Shown here one piece after another: positions 37,601-50,300 of a stretch of DNA of 64,000 bases. Positions within the stretch are counted from its first letter, which is position 1, and every line of letters begins with the position of its first letter. The notes beneath the pieces are model-generated. The model made no database searches. It was not told where the DNA came from and worked only from the letters and a program-made list of their open reading frames with translations. A program made the position numbers and the translations under genes. Origin of the DNA: Tubulanus polymorphus (Eukaryota > Animalia > Nemertea). The stretch lies in the NCBI RefSeq assembly GCF_964204645.1, contig NC_134034.1:3985814-4049813 (forward strand), given 5' to 3'.

Positions 37601-39704
37601 TCACGGCTTATAATCGGCGTGGTTGCCAATCAGCCGTTATGTCAGGTGGTTAGTGTATATTATATTAGAATAGTTGAATAAACGAAAAATCACTTCATGT
37701 AGATGTTGATTTATTTTTTCCGTCTTTAGAAATTAATTGACAAATCGTAGCTTTCGGAAAAGAAAGGCTAGAAATCCGACTTAATAATAATAATAATAAT
37801 ATTATTTCTTACATACCGCGCTCCGCATACATCTCAGCGCGGTTTACAAATATAAGAGGCTATAAAACAATTAAGAACAGTCAATTAAAATATTGCCTAA
37901 AATGAAAAGTTTTCAGCTGCAGGATCTTATTCTAAAAGGTAAAGCATTCCATAAGATTGGATCTGCTGAGGCAAAGCCGCGGTGACGGTAAAATTGGGTG
38001 TTAAAATAAATGAGACAGAATATAGCAAAATTGTGTTTGTGGAATGTAGGGATCTGGTAGGAGTATATAATGACGTGATTAGATCACAAATGTAACTTGG
38101 TGCCAAATCATTCAATACTTTAAAAACCATGAGCAGAACTTTGAAATCAATGTGTTTAGCGACTGGAAGCCAGTGTAGCTCAGCATGTATTGGAGTAATC
38201 GAATCAACCCTTTTTGATCTTGTGACAAGTCGGGCAGCGGAGTTTTGGATAAGCTGCAACTTTTTTATATTGTACTGACTTGTACCAGGGAAGTGTGATC
38301 ACACTTCCCTGCTTGTACCAAGTAACAGACTATTGCAGTAATCAAGTCTAGAAGTTATAAAACAAGGAACTAATCTTTCCGTGATTCGATTATTTAAAAA
38401 ATGTCTAATTTTGCCCATTTTGTAAAGCCCAAATGAAGCTGTCTTGCATACTTGTTTTACATGGTGATCCATGGTCATATTGATGTCAAAATAAGCACCC
38501 AGATTCCGTACCACGTACAACTTATTCAAAGTTTTTCTAAGTTTGAGGATTTTGCTTGGTTGTTGTTCAGACCTGACTTCCGCAAGGTTTTCTGTAGGCC
38601 AAGTATGTACTAACATGCACGGTGGTTAGGTGGTCAATTTTGTTGTATTGAATCGGTATCGTCCGTTTGATAAAATGAACATAAACTACTTTTCTGAAGG
38701 TAAAAGTGGTATTGTATGCCGCGTGTAAAGAAGTGGTTTACATCCGATTCAATGGAACAGGAACTACTAGTATGGACTGGTTCAACGTTACTAAAATTCT
38801 CAGCAGTTCATGGACTGACCTAACATCGCAGACTTCTATAAGCGCTGCACAAAAGCCAATTTTCAGCGTAACGGGACAGTAAGTAGAGCCTCGATTTGTA
38901 AAAATTGCCACATTGCATGAAAAGGCACACATTTTAGGCAAAAAATGATACACTGCATGTCCTAATCGGCTGGGCCTTTTTGTAAACTGCAATAACATTT
39001 GTAATAATAATCAGTTCATTTTTCAACTATCGGGCCTAATGGATAACTTATTCATGATTCATAAGGTTCGTAGAGTAAAAACGGGTTAGGAATAAATAAC
39101 GAGACGAGTAGTCATGTGTATAGGTTAACTATTTATTTGACGCTCGAGCTTTCGCTACTAATGTATAGTAGCTTCATTAGGCGAATGAGTAAATGATGTG
39201 AATGAGCTAATCAAATAGATAGTTAACCTTTACAGTACTACTCGTCTTGTTATTTTATTCTTGATGTAATAAGTAATGTACACGACAGATAGGCGGCCGG
39301 TCAACTATCTACCTCAACAGAAACGAAAAACAAGGTATCGATTTTCTATTCTTCTCAGCGCAAATGCAGGTATGGCTAGACGTTTCTTCGCAATAAAGAG
39401 TTACGGTAGCTGTGGTACTGACTGGATATGGCTGTTAGCAATAGACATATCAAGCGGAGCGGGAGGTTGCCACTATGATAAGAGGAAAGGCAAACCGTAC
39501 TTCCTGTATTCTGCCGACAAGACGGTTATGCGTAGGTTACTTTCTTATCATTCGCGCCGACTTCAATAACGACGTATCTATTCATCATACGTTTAATACA
39601 ACGATAATTTCATATTTCGTCTTTCAGTTGATGGAGGCCTTTCTACTGCCGATACATTGGCTATTTACGTCAAATATGCAGCAGTCAGTGGTAATAATCC
39701 TTGA
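34651..39704 (+). CDS. Uncharacterised secreted Cys/Trp-rich protein, paralog A, 240 aa; exons 34651-34726, 35424-35641, 38700-38878, 39359-39531, 39628-39704
   Basis: Five GT-AG exons in frame (723 nt), with the same splice sites and phases as paralog B: MKKIIVGIFTYCIVVISVIG..EELVFLADRGTGDNVFKKW..WKSNKIDAWPSGINE|VKVVLY..YIRFNGTGTTSMDWF..SSWTDL..FSVTGH..RRFFAIKSYGSC..PYFLYS..ADTLAIYVK. Confidence 0.85.
36052..37210. repeat. Near-perfect 578-bp tandem duplication within an intron of paralog A
   Basis: 36052-36629 equals 36630-37207 with only one difference noticed (gaaaatgggg/gaaactgggg); 3-bp GCT microhomology at the junction. Confidence 0.92.
36159..36390. mobile_element. hAT-like MITE (duplicated at 36737-36968)
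   Basis: TIRs CAGGGGCGGATC..GATCCGCCCCTG; absent from the paralogous intron (~49375); related ends at ~26163 and ~52115-52129. No clean 8-bp TSD. Confidence 0.6.
37783..38515 (-). mobile_element. 5'-truncated L2-clade LINE fragment (ORF2 C-terminus, frameshifted)
   Basis: VRNLGAYFD..MDHHVKQVCK..ITSRLDYCNSLL and LQLIQNSAARLVT..LHWLPV..IDFKVLLMVFK..LAPSYI; (ATT)n tail at 37783-37800. Confidence 0.85.
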
Positions 39705-39974
39705 TTCGTTTTCATCGTCTGCAATATGGAAAAACCATACGTCGGTATATATTAGTTGCAACCAGTTTTCGGCTGTCGAATCATATCTATTATACATGTA
39801 TATGCCGTGTGCTTACGGATCAAAACCTAACGTAAACCTAACTCGCTTTTAGATACACCGACCTTTGACTGTCGACAAGATCAACACATATACCCGTCAA
39901 AACTTAATTTCAAACTTCAAAAAATATATTTATCCCTCAAAACTACGTACATAATATTATCCCCGTCAAAACAT

Positions 39975-40180
39975 CCATTTTCTTTTTTAAACATCCTCAA
40001 CTCGCTAAGCGATACGCAGGACATTATAAGCAGGTGCCATGTTTCTTTTTTCCCAATGGGGGAGAGACCAGAAAAGAACCTTCGACCTAGAAACTTTGTC
40101 GCCACCAGGGTTTGAACCCATAAACCCTGTATTGACGAGACCAGTGACCGGTGGTTTAAAACACTCGGCCACTGCGCCTC
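39975..40180 (-). mobile_element. tRNA-derived SINE, second copy
   Basis: Reverse complement matches 22055-22230; absent from the paralogous region near 52320. Confidence 0.8.
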
Positions 40181-42066
40181 TCCTAAAAACATCCAAAATA
40201 TTCGACGTGGCAAATCCGATAGTTGCTGATATACTGTCTGAACTAACATCAGGTGTTGTCAAAAATTAAACTTTTTGATGTTTCATTTTTCATTTTAACA
40301 TTTTGCCATATCGAGTTTCGATTAAAATTATACCTTTGCTGTATTAAACCGCTTATTGTAAGTTATTAAAGATTGTTACTATACTGGTATTGCCCTCCTG
40401 TTCGGTTGATATCCACGGCGTCAGGTGATTTTCCATGGTTATCGCTGGACCGGAAGTCGTTATACGGTCCCGTATACCAAACTATTCCACACGTGTTTGT
40501 GATAGATTTTCACGCTGAGATGTCCCCCTGTTACATTAACGGAGATTGATTCAGCGGGATGAATTAATGGGGGGGGGGGGGGGGGTCAGGGATCAGGACC
40601 CCTGCCTTCCCACTGAAGTTGCCTTTTTAGTCAAAGCTTGGCCTAACCATGGTAAGTTGACACTAATCCTCTCGGAAAATTGGTTATTTTCGGATGGATT
40701 CGCATAACATCTAACACCGAGGGAGGGACATCTTGCAAAACCCTTAGACATGGCTGCTTTATCCAACAAATGCCTTTCCGATTCTCCTGGACCCTTTCAG
40801 TTTTTTTTTCTGGACCCGCCTCTTTTATATATCAATTTCAGAAGTATACGTCGTAACTTTCGGAAGTATTCGTGTTTGGCGTCTCGGAGGATGTCACCGA
40901 AATCTGCCGGTATAGGGCTTTATCGCAGATTATCAGGTATTTAAAGCCACGCGCTAAAAAAGCACGAATAACCAACGAATATAGTGCTAGCACGTCTACA
41001 ATATACGCGCAAGCACAATTCGGTACACTTCCGGCACGTGTGGCGGGTAATCTCTGCAGAATTAAACTTTTTTTGTGGGCGTTAACATCGGGGATGAAAA
41101 ATAAGTTTTGAAATTCGGCAATTTTCATTGAAAGGGAGAAGATTCGATGTAGTAATCAAGTCTTTCATGCTATCTAGTAAATAGGTATCGAAACGTTACT
41201 AAACTAACAATAATTAATTGATTTTGATTACATTGCTCTAGTAACAACATTCTCAAATCTTAAGCGATGCTTTTAGCCTAGTCGATGGAATTTCCTTAAC
41301 CTAATCAAAATTACAATGAAAATCGCGCAAAAGAAATCTATTCCTTTTTGCGCCGCGGCGTTGTAGGCTGTCGTATGAAACGTCATTGGGAAAACAGGTA
41401 AAACCCGGAACGTATCCGTATATGTGCACATACAACCAAAACCGTCAACCCTGTTAATACTACTCACCGAAACAACGATTTATTTCCATGGCTGGTTTGA
41501 AAACATAAAATCGAATGGAAAATAATTCAATTTCGTGAAAAAAACGGTCGGTCGAAAAAACATGAAATTGAAAGAAAATGATTCAAATCCGTGAGAAAAG
41601 TCGGAAATAAATCGACGCCGGTGGGAAATCTTTTTTTGTAAGATTCGAATTTTTGATTTTTGACACCACGCGCGCTGAAATATTTGGCACCTTCGTATCG
41701 GCAATATCACTTCATAGAAGTTCGATCAATTGCGCTTGCGCCGTAAATCGCTTGCCTCGGGGAGGATTCATTATTACGCGAATGATAAATCGAAATAGAC
41801 TTTACGTACGTTTATACTCAGCAAATAATCCATCTCATAATCACACAGACCTTATACACCAGCGAATTTTGATTCGTCACGACAAAAAGGTCTAGTGAAG
41901 ACGTAGTGATCGGCAAATCGTTAGTGATGGGCTTTGATAAACGGATAGGCCTAATAGCATTTGTAGAAAGTATTGCTCGTAGGAAAGGCCTATGGCTTGC
42001 GTCAAGCCAAGGTCGAATATTATGTTTTTTGTTAATTCAAAAAAAAAAATCAAATAAGTCTTTATA

Positions 42067-42288
42067 AGGCTAAACAAAAATGATACCTTGTTTCTCCGCA
42101 GCGGCCGGGTAATTTTTGTAAAATATTATAAAATTTGTAACCAGTTCATTTCTATGGCGGCCGGGTCTGTTATGGTAAAATTGATCATGATTTATAAAAA
42201 CGTAATGTATAGGGTACATAGGCGGCCGGCCGGGTCAACTTTTAACCTTAGCAGAGCGGAGAAGCAAGGTATCAATTTTTTTCAGCCT
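42067..42288. mobile_element. MITE with ~33-bp TIRs
   Basis: aggctaaacaaaaatgataccttgtttctccgc / gcggagaagcaaggtatcaatttttttcagcct, with TA on both flanks; one-ended relatives near 39290-39345 and 51320-51388. Confidence 0.7.
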
Positions 42289-43579
42289 TAGATAAGAAAG
42301 ATCACAAAAGTATAATGCATGACATACCAAGAACTACACGGCACATCCTAGGAATTTCGTTTTAACAGATATGACGACAAAACATATGCACACCTTAGAG
42401 AGTTTATGAAAATAAAGCATATGGTACCATTTGGAAGAATTAGATATCATCGCTGATATTAAGCTGTTTGTGACACAATGAGGATGTTAGTATCGTGATC
42501 TGGGTGACCATGTACGTAAAAGTAATTGACATTGTTGTTTGAAGCCCAAGTCAAAAGGTAAGCAGAGTCGGATCGCGTACTAATATTCCTTTCCCGTCTG
42601 TCAATGCAATGGACCCGTTGATGAAAGAAACAACCGGTGGTAATAGAGTGAGAAACGATATTCTTATTAGTACTAATCATTTCGTACCATTTCGTAGTAA
42701 ACCCCTGACTGAACTGAAAAATCCCGTTTTCGTCGGAGCAACCGAGCAATTTCCTGGAAAAAAAAAGAAATCAAGAATTAATTCAATTTCAATTTGCTCG
42801 GATGTTGATCTCAAAGAGGTTGATAACTTGACGGATTATTGCTATTTTCCCCTCCTATTTTGTCAAATGGAATAGGTCAGACAGATGTCTTTTTTTGCTC
42901 TTACTCTGGAAACCTGGAGCTATTCTCTCCCTGATCGAAGTTGTTTGAAAAAGGCCTGAGTAAAATTGCATCCCGACTAGTACGTATCGAAAATCGTAGT
43001 ACATGTACTGGCTTTGCAGAAAACCCGTTATTGCGGCTTTGCAGCTATATTTTAAGATGTAATTTAATTCACCCAAGTGCGAAGAAATGCCGTTTTTATA
43101 GAATGGAATACCAAAACTTCTGTAGATACATCTCGAACACGTTTCAAATCTTTTAAATACCCTTTAACACAATCTGTTTAAGGACATTTTTTCTGAAACG
43201 GTTAAGGTTATTAAATCACAACCGTGAATTTTACCTTGTACCGTCGTTTCGTGTCCTATCAGGACACTTTATCAAAGCTTAATGACGTTGTCATTATTGG
43301 CCACCAGCTGGCGTGGTGGTCAACAGCTCGGCTCAGTGATAATTGCACCTACGTTTTCTCTACTCGAAAAGTTGGAGAAATTATACGCGCGCCGAGTTTC
43401 AAGTATTTGGTCGATAGCTCTTTAGTTTTTATTGAAGGAAATCTTGATTTGTCTGGCGTCAGTTTCTAGAAAAAGCGACACACGCGTATAGAAGCATAAA
43501 CCTTCACATTAGAGATATATTTATGTCCTAATAAATTGAATAGCATTCATTGACAGTGTTATTTACCAACGATGGATAA

Positions 43580-44110
43580 TCGTATCGTATCGTAATTTGC
43601 AACCAATAACGAAGGCCGATCTGGCCTATATGACAGGTTGCCTTGTTGTTTCACAAGTCGTTGTTGCTAGGTAGCCAACGTTGATATTCTAGAGGGGATT
43701 TCCCAGCTATCAAATCTGTGTTCCATTATTTTAAGTTCTGGTGATTAGACTTCATATTGTTTGATGTTCCAGAATTTGTCTAGGCGGGACTTGAAACTAG
43801 TTTACGGATGGAGCGTCTACAATCTCTTGTGTGAGCTGGTTCCAGGTATTCACCACTTTGTTACCGAAGAAGTTTGATCTGACATTTTTTGTGACCTTGG
43901 TTTTATTAGTCTCATGGAGTGTCCTCTTAGGGCGACGTTTCTTCCTACTCTTTGTAGGATATTTTCACTGTTGACTCGATAATGGGAGTGTAGGTAGTTG
44001 TATGATGTTATCATATCACCTCTAGATCTGCGATACTGTAGGGTGGGGAGATCTAGTCTTTGGAGTCTGTCAGGATATGATAGTTCTCTCAGTTGAGGCA
44101 TCATCTTAGT
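43580..44110 (-). mobile_element. 5'-truncated CR1-clade LINE fragment
   Basis: LRELSYPDRLQRLDLPTLQYRRSRGDMI..LRGHSMRL then, frameshifted, VVNTWN.L..IVDAPSVN.FKSRLDKFW; short (ACGAT)n tail near 43580-43594. Confidence 0.85.
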
Positions 44111-45173
44111 CGCCCTCTTTTGAATCTTTTCAATTTTTACAATTCTTACAATAAACCGAATTTATTAAACATTATCCCAAAATGTCATTCGGGTATCATC
44201 GACAGGTTCGTAAATATCTCCGGCAGATCGGTCACAAATTCATCGAGTATTCTTGAATTCGATAAAAGACAGCTCGTCGAAAATGCCTTGATGCTTTTTT
44301 CGGTTCGGAATTTCCTTTCGGATGTAATAAGCGTGGCATTTCGGAGCCGCGTGTTAGGTCTCAAGTGGGACTCGAACGTATATTTTGTTGTATGATTCCT
44401 GATGTATGATTGGGGGTGAAATCATTCTACGTGAGGACAGATCCGAGGAGGCGAATTATTTTCGGACAAAGTAATGCGAAAATATCGCACTGGAAAACCT
44501 TTTATTGGAATCATAACCTTGTACAAAAAATGGTGCCATTTTTTTTTCTATAGATATTGTGCTTTTCAGATTTTTTTCGACGGCATTTTGACCTTCTCGA
44601 CGTTAAGCGGGCTTTAAATACGGTAAACGGAGCGCTGATAATGTCGATGGTCCTCGAGAAGCGTCGTTGTGTCGGTGAAGTGTGTGTGGTTTTTACTCGA
44701 CGGCCTCATAAACAGACAAACACAATTAAGTGATTTTTTACGGATCCTAATCGTCGACAATTTCCCAGCGATATTGTATCCGTCAGAAATAAATATCAAT
44801 ATTTCACTCCCATTGATGTTTTCTTACTTTTTCAAATACCATTAAACGTCATTACTATAGTATAATTTCGATAGTTTTTATATATACCTGTTACTAGTCA
44901 AAAGTAGTTTCATCGTCATATGTAATATGGTAGTTGCATCTTAGTTATTCTACAAGTAATGGGTCCATACTATAGCCATGCTGCTGTGGCAATTGAGGAT
45001 CCGATACGTGTCGCTAGTGTGAAGTCAGCCATATTGAGCAGGCAATGTAATACGCGATATTCTATAATCTGGCGTCATTATTTTTCCTCGCTGCGGGTAC
45101 GTTCGTAGCCAGAACTTTGAAGGAGAAGTATAAACTTTCAGGCTCCTCGGCACATCAGTCTCCATAAAAACTG

Positions 45174-45307
45174 GGGCCAGTTGCATAGTCGCGGCTTAGA
45201 CTTAAGACCTAAGACCAACTTGGTCCTATAGCCAATCTAACAACTTAAAACCAGTCTTAAGATTTGAGACCACTTTTGGACTTAAGTCACGACTGTGCAA
45301 CTGGGCC
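45174..45307. mobile_element. Harbinger-type MITE
   Basis: Same family as 3329-3610; CTG/CAG flanks. Confidence 0.75.
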
Positions 45308-46339
45308 CAGAGCTAAAAACGATCCTCCCTCGGCAGGGAGTCGAACCTGATGGCATCGCTACACTCAGCCACGGCACGAACCCCTGCCACAGTAGACCGG
45401 GTGCGCAGGTACATGCGCAGGTTACACGCACGAAAACTTGCGGCACCAATCAGATTGCTCGTTGTATAATCGCCGAGGTAAATTTCACGGAAGAACTATA
45501 AATGGGAAAACCCGGGCTAAAATAAAAGAAATTGCCAATTATCGTAATTTCTACACTGGTAGAAAGTATTGTAAATATTTACGGAAAACACATTTTCGAT
45601 CTGTGGGAAAGTGGAGCTCTTGAACAGGTCAAGAGTTATATTGAACATTTCGAAATATTGAACATTTCAAGTATATTCTTCGCGAACTATAAATGTACAC
45701 AGGAGACGAAAGTTTCACTAGATTACATCACACGTTTCCATCGACGAGCACACGGGCCTTAGCGCGTCTACAGTAAACAAAAACGGAATTTGGCCGCGGA
45801 AGGTGAGTACCATGCAGACATATAAGGTGCGATACCAAAAGAGTATGCATTATTAAGGAAGTAAATACACAAGAAAAGATAATCGAAAAGTTCTTTTTCG
45901 AAATGAAGATTCGAAGAGTTGCCGAGTTAACCGGGTTTAGAATAAATAACGAAACGAGTAAGGGGTTAGCTTCTTATTTGACGCACAAGCTTTCGCTACT
46001 AATGCCGTATATAGAAGCTTCATCGGATAAATGCTGGACCCGATGAAGCTTCTATGCATTAGGAGCGAAAGCTCGTGCGTCGAATGAATAGTGAAACTAT
46101 ATAGTACTACTCGTCTCGTTATTTTTTCGAAATGGTCAACCGATCCCCGTGTAAAATGTCATACTCAGTTGGTTGAGTTAGATTTAAGAGATGGTTTAGG
46201 ACAACGCAGTGTAATTCCTAACGCATAAACTAGCATTAGTACTAAAAAAGACCGTAGCAGGGAACGGAAATAGTCAGGGAGCCAAACCCGAGAATCTCAC
46301 TATGACGTCGAAAATCAAAGTCCGAAAATGTTTGCTCGA

Positions 46340-47105
46340 GCTATGGTAGTCTATTCGACTATATTCTAAAAGTCATCTTCAGCTTGAGCTAGTATCTTAT
46401 TCAACGTTTCGACTAATATCCTAATAGTCATCTTCAGGAATACTGTATTCATTGAGCTAGAAGTTTATTCAACGTTTCGACTTTATTCTAGTAGACATCT
46501 TCAGGAATACTGTATTCCTTGAACTATTAGTTCATTCAACGTTTCGACTATATTCTAGTAGACATCTTCAGAAATACTGTAGTCCTTGAGCTAGTAGTTT
46601 ATTCGACGTCTCGACTTCATTCTAATAGTCTCTTCAGGAATACTGTATTCCTTGAGCTAGTAGTTTATTCGACGTTTCGACTATATTCTAGTAGACATCT
46701 TCAGGAATACTGTATTCCTTGAGCTAGTAGTTTATTCAACGTTTCGACTATATTCTAGTAGACATCTTCAGGAATACTGTATTCCTTGAGCTAGTAGTTT
46801 ATTCGACGTCTCGACTTCATTCTAATAGTCTCTTCAGGAATACTGTATTCCTTGAGCTAGTAGTTTATTCGACGTCTCGACTTCATTCTAATAGTCTCTT
46901 CAGGAATACTGTATTCCTTGAGCTAGTAGTTTATTCGACGTCTCGACTTCATTCTAATAGTCATCTTCAGGAATACTGTATTCCTTGAGCTGGTAGTTTA
47001 TTCGACGTCTCGACTTCGTTCTAATAGTCATCTTCAGGAATACTGTATTCCTTGAGCTAGTAGTCTATTCGACGTTTCGACTTCATTCTAATAGTCTCTT
47101 CAGGC
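46340..47105 (-). ncRNA. Tandem array of ~12 x 66-67 bp units, each resembling a minimal type I hammerhead ribozyme
   Basis: Minus-strand consensus UAUUC-CUGAAGA-(U)-GACUAU-loop-AUAGUC-GAAAC-GUC/GUU-GAAUA. Twelve TCTTCAG cores on the plus strand at ~46376, 46431, 46498, 46565, 46631, 46698, 46765, 46831, 46897, 46964, 47031 and 47097. The repeat is certain; ribozyme activity is inferred. Confidence 0.7.
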
Positions 47106-47375
47106 ATACCGAGTTACACTCGTCTCTTTCTGTCTAATACTACTGATTCAAAATCATATTTTTATTCTCAATTGTATCATTCAATCACCCCCTTGCTTCC
47201 CTTTAACATGTTTTTTATTCAATTCAATTCAATTCAAAGGTTTGTTGCTCAACAAAAGACATTTTTGCGCAGAGCAGATTAATACAAAAAAAATTTTTTA
47301 CTGACCTCAGTTGACGTAAATGTCGGTAAAAGGAATCCCTCGATGACGTCGTTTGTTACATTTTCAGTTGTCAAG

Positions 47376-50300
47376 ATGAAGAAAATCATCGTCGGCTTAT
47401 TCACATATTGTATCGTAGTAATAATACCAGTGACCCGGCCCCAGGATCCAGAAGGTAAAAGAGCCATATATTCTTAACCAAACCTTCTAATGACTTAAGT
47501 GGAAATAAGCAAAACGAGTGCTATATGTTTCAATTACTGTCGATGTCACAAGCGAGATCACACTGGCCCGGCTCATAAACGAAAAAATTCGCACCTATTA
47601 TTTCAAGAGGTTCGGGGTCTTCCCCGGGATTCATAACTTTATTTCCAATGGATGGCAGACTAGCCCTTTAACTGGCAATCGGTCGCTAGCGACCGATTTG
47701 AATAGACCATAGTATAGCATTGATATAGTGAATAGAATAGTCAAGTATTGATTTCAGTGAAGCATTCTAACTCATTTTCCTATCAGCAGATGGCGACACC
47801 AGACGGCCTACAATGTCTAACAAGGCAGGAAAGTGATATTTCATACATTTGGCATGTAGAAGGGGGTATGGAAACCACGTGACACGTGGGTCAGATTTCC
47901 AAAATTGAGAATATCGTTAGTAGTAATGGCCAATGCACTAAAGACGTTCTCTAGTGAGTTTGGCTGATCTTTTGGACATAGTAATGAAAGATTCTGATGA
48001 TAATTCATATTAGGATGAATCTCATGACAGTTTTTTATTATGGGTGGCCCAAAAAATCTGGATGACCTTGGGATCTGTGACCTTGGAGTCAGACCCTGAA
48101 GGTAACACCCAAAGTTCGCAAACATGGTATCATTTGAAAGCTTGTGAAAAGAGCTTTCATAAAATACATAAAGTATGGGGTTATCCCACATATCTTTTGA
48201 GTTATTAAATTTTCCCCTTGCAAGGTCCAAAATCTCTTTACGCTTAAGAGATATCTTGCAGTCGTCTGAATATACTCCTATTGAAAGCGAGCCCGAGCAG
48301 TGAAAGATTTCGATTAAAACAGCAGAAGCTTGAGCGGAATACGGTTTAACCGGTCCCACTCCGACGAAGTCTAATTATTGCTTTTTTGTTTATATCTATG
48401 TTTTGTTTATCTTAATTAAATAACACATTTATAAGAGATTCTAGCATTATGTCCGTCAATTAACTAACCGAAACTAGGAAGAATCGACGTATAGATTGCT
48501 GTCTCACGTGCTTGATATTCGATTGTGTTGCCGTGTAGAAAAGTGTTAGGTAGAATTCGTTTTGCAAAGAAAATAACGAACACTTATTCAAATATGTGAT
48601 ATGAAATGATTTAATCAGAGTAAAACAGAAATAGAATATAAAAATGCTATTTCTGAGAGCTTAACGTAGCTGACGAGTACGCGTATCCGTTTGTAAAAGC
48701 CTACTAACGAGAAAGGGTTGATATTAGTTCCATTCTATGAGAAGTCATGAGAAAAATGTAGACTCATTCTGATTTAAGGCAATATTGGCGATTCGGGACA
48801 AGGAGAAGAACTCGTTTTCTTGGCCGACAGGGGAACTGGTGATAATGTTTTCATGAAATGGACTCAAACAGCGAATAATATTGTATCTGAAGATACGTCT
48901 TGCGCGTGCGCCTGGAGACAAGAAATTGGAGTTCCCTGCGTCAACTGTACTTGGAAAAGTAATAAGATTGATACATGGCCACCCGGCATCAATGAGGTAG
49001 GACCACATCGAATGTGTATGGTGCGGCTGAGCAGAACGCCCGTTACTTTGCAGCTATATTGATTTTTCATTCTATATATTTGATTTTCTATTCTACATTT
49101 ATCAAACTCAAATTACGAATCCCACAATAAATGAGTTATGAATTTTCTAGATCACCAATACGTTTCGCGCCATTCACCACATCAGTGTCCAATCCCAGCA
49201 ATGCTGCACGATGATTTTCTCTAATTGCCCAATTCCAATGCATACCACGGCGGCGCAGATAGCGAAATCGTTGCTTGGCTGATGCATTTTGAACTTTCTT
49301 CCAAGGACGTTGATAGAAAAAAGAATTTACACCCCTCTCCTACGTCGTTTCTTCGGAGAAAACCCTGGATGAGAAAAGGTTGACTTATTGAATGATTAAA
49401 ATTCCAACCTCTCCGTCTTTCAACACGGCCGAAGTTCAAACCTAATCGCATTGGAATCTATTAGTGGCCAATACCCGTTTTATCGACCTGGTGTATGCAG
49501 TATCAATGCGTAAGACAAATGTTGCCAGTCTCTGTCGGATCCGTGGTGTTTCATTCCGAAGTGGCCTTTATAGCTTGAGTAGCTAGAAAGAGGATTGGAA
49601 GCTGCATACCAATGCTACCTTCGCGTGTGATGGTTAAATCCGGGCTTAATAAACGACTCCTATTCATCCGCGTTTTCGCTAATCTGTACCGGGCCGACAG
49701 TTGCGATTAACCGAAGTTGAATGAATATAAAACCATGTTAATCGCTTATATCGGATGAACATCGATGATCCCGATTTTTCCTTCTCTTCTTCAAAGAATA
49801 TCGATATTCCAAAATCGGATTCTATCTAAGTCGGACACTCGCCTGTTCCGTAGTACATTTCTCAGTACCGAAATAAAAATCAATTAGAATACTTCAACGA
49901 AAGTCGGAGGGCTTTTCTTCCAAGTGCAGTTTGATTTCTTCCCTGTTCCTGGCTTGATATCGACTACATGGCAACAGAAGTTTTTCTCGTTGAGGTTTAG
50001 TGTATAAGAATAGAAAGATAAACAGGTCGTTTTCGAATCATTTCGTTTAGATGTTGATTTAGTTTATCCATCTACAGAATCTAATTCTCAAGTCGTAATG
50101 TCAAGAAAAAGACTGGAAATCTGGCTTGTTCAATTTCGGCCTTTTTGTAAGTCAGAGCATTATTTCTTGGTCCCAAAATATCTGACTTACGGAAGGTTTA
50201 TTGTGGGCATGCATGGCGGTTAGGTGGTCGATATCTTCGTAGTATATTGACTCGGTATCGTCGCTTTGATAAATGAATACAAAATGCTTTTCTGAAGGTA

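Noticed and set aside
46340-47105. CRISPR-like regular array
   Set aside because: No unique spacers (whole units repeat), no cas genes, eukaryotic context.
47841-48359. 172-aa minus-strand ORF
   Set aside because: Non-ATG start, no recognisable domain, and it lies in an insertion specific to the paralog B intron; probably a transposon remnant.
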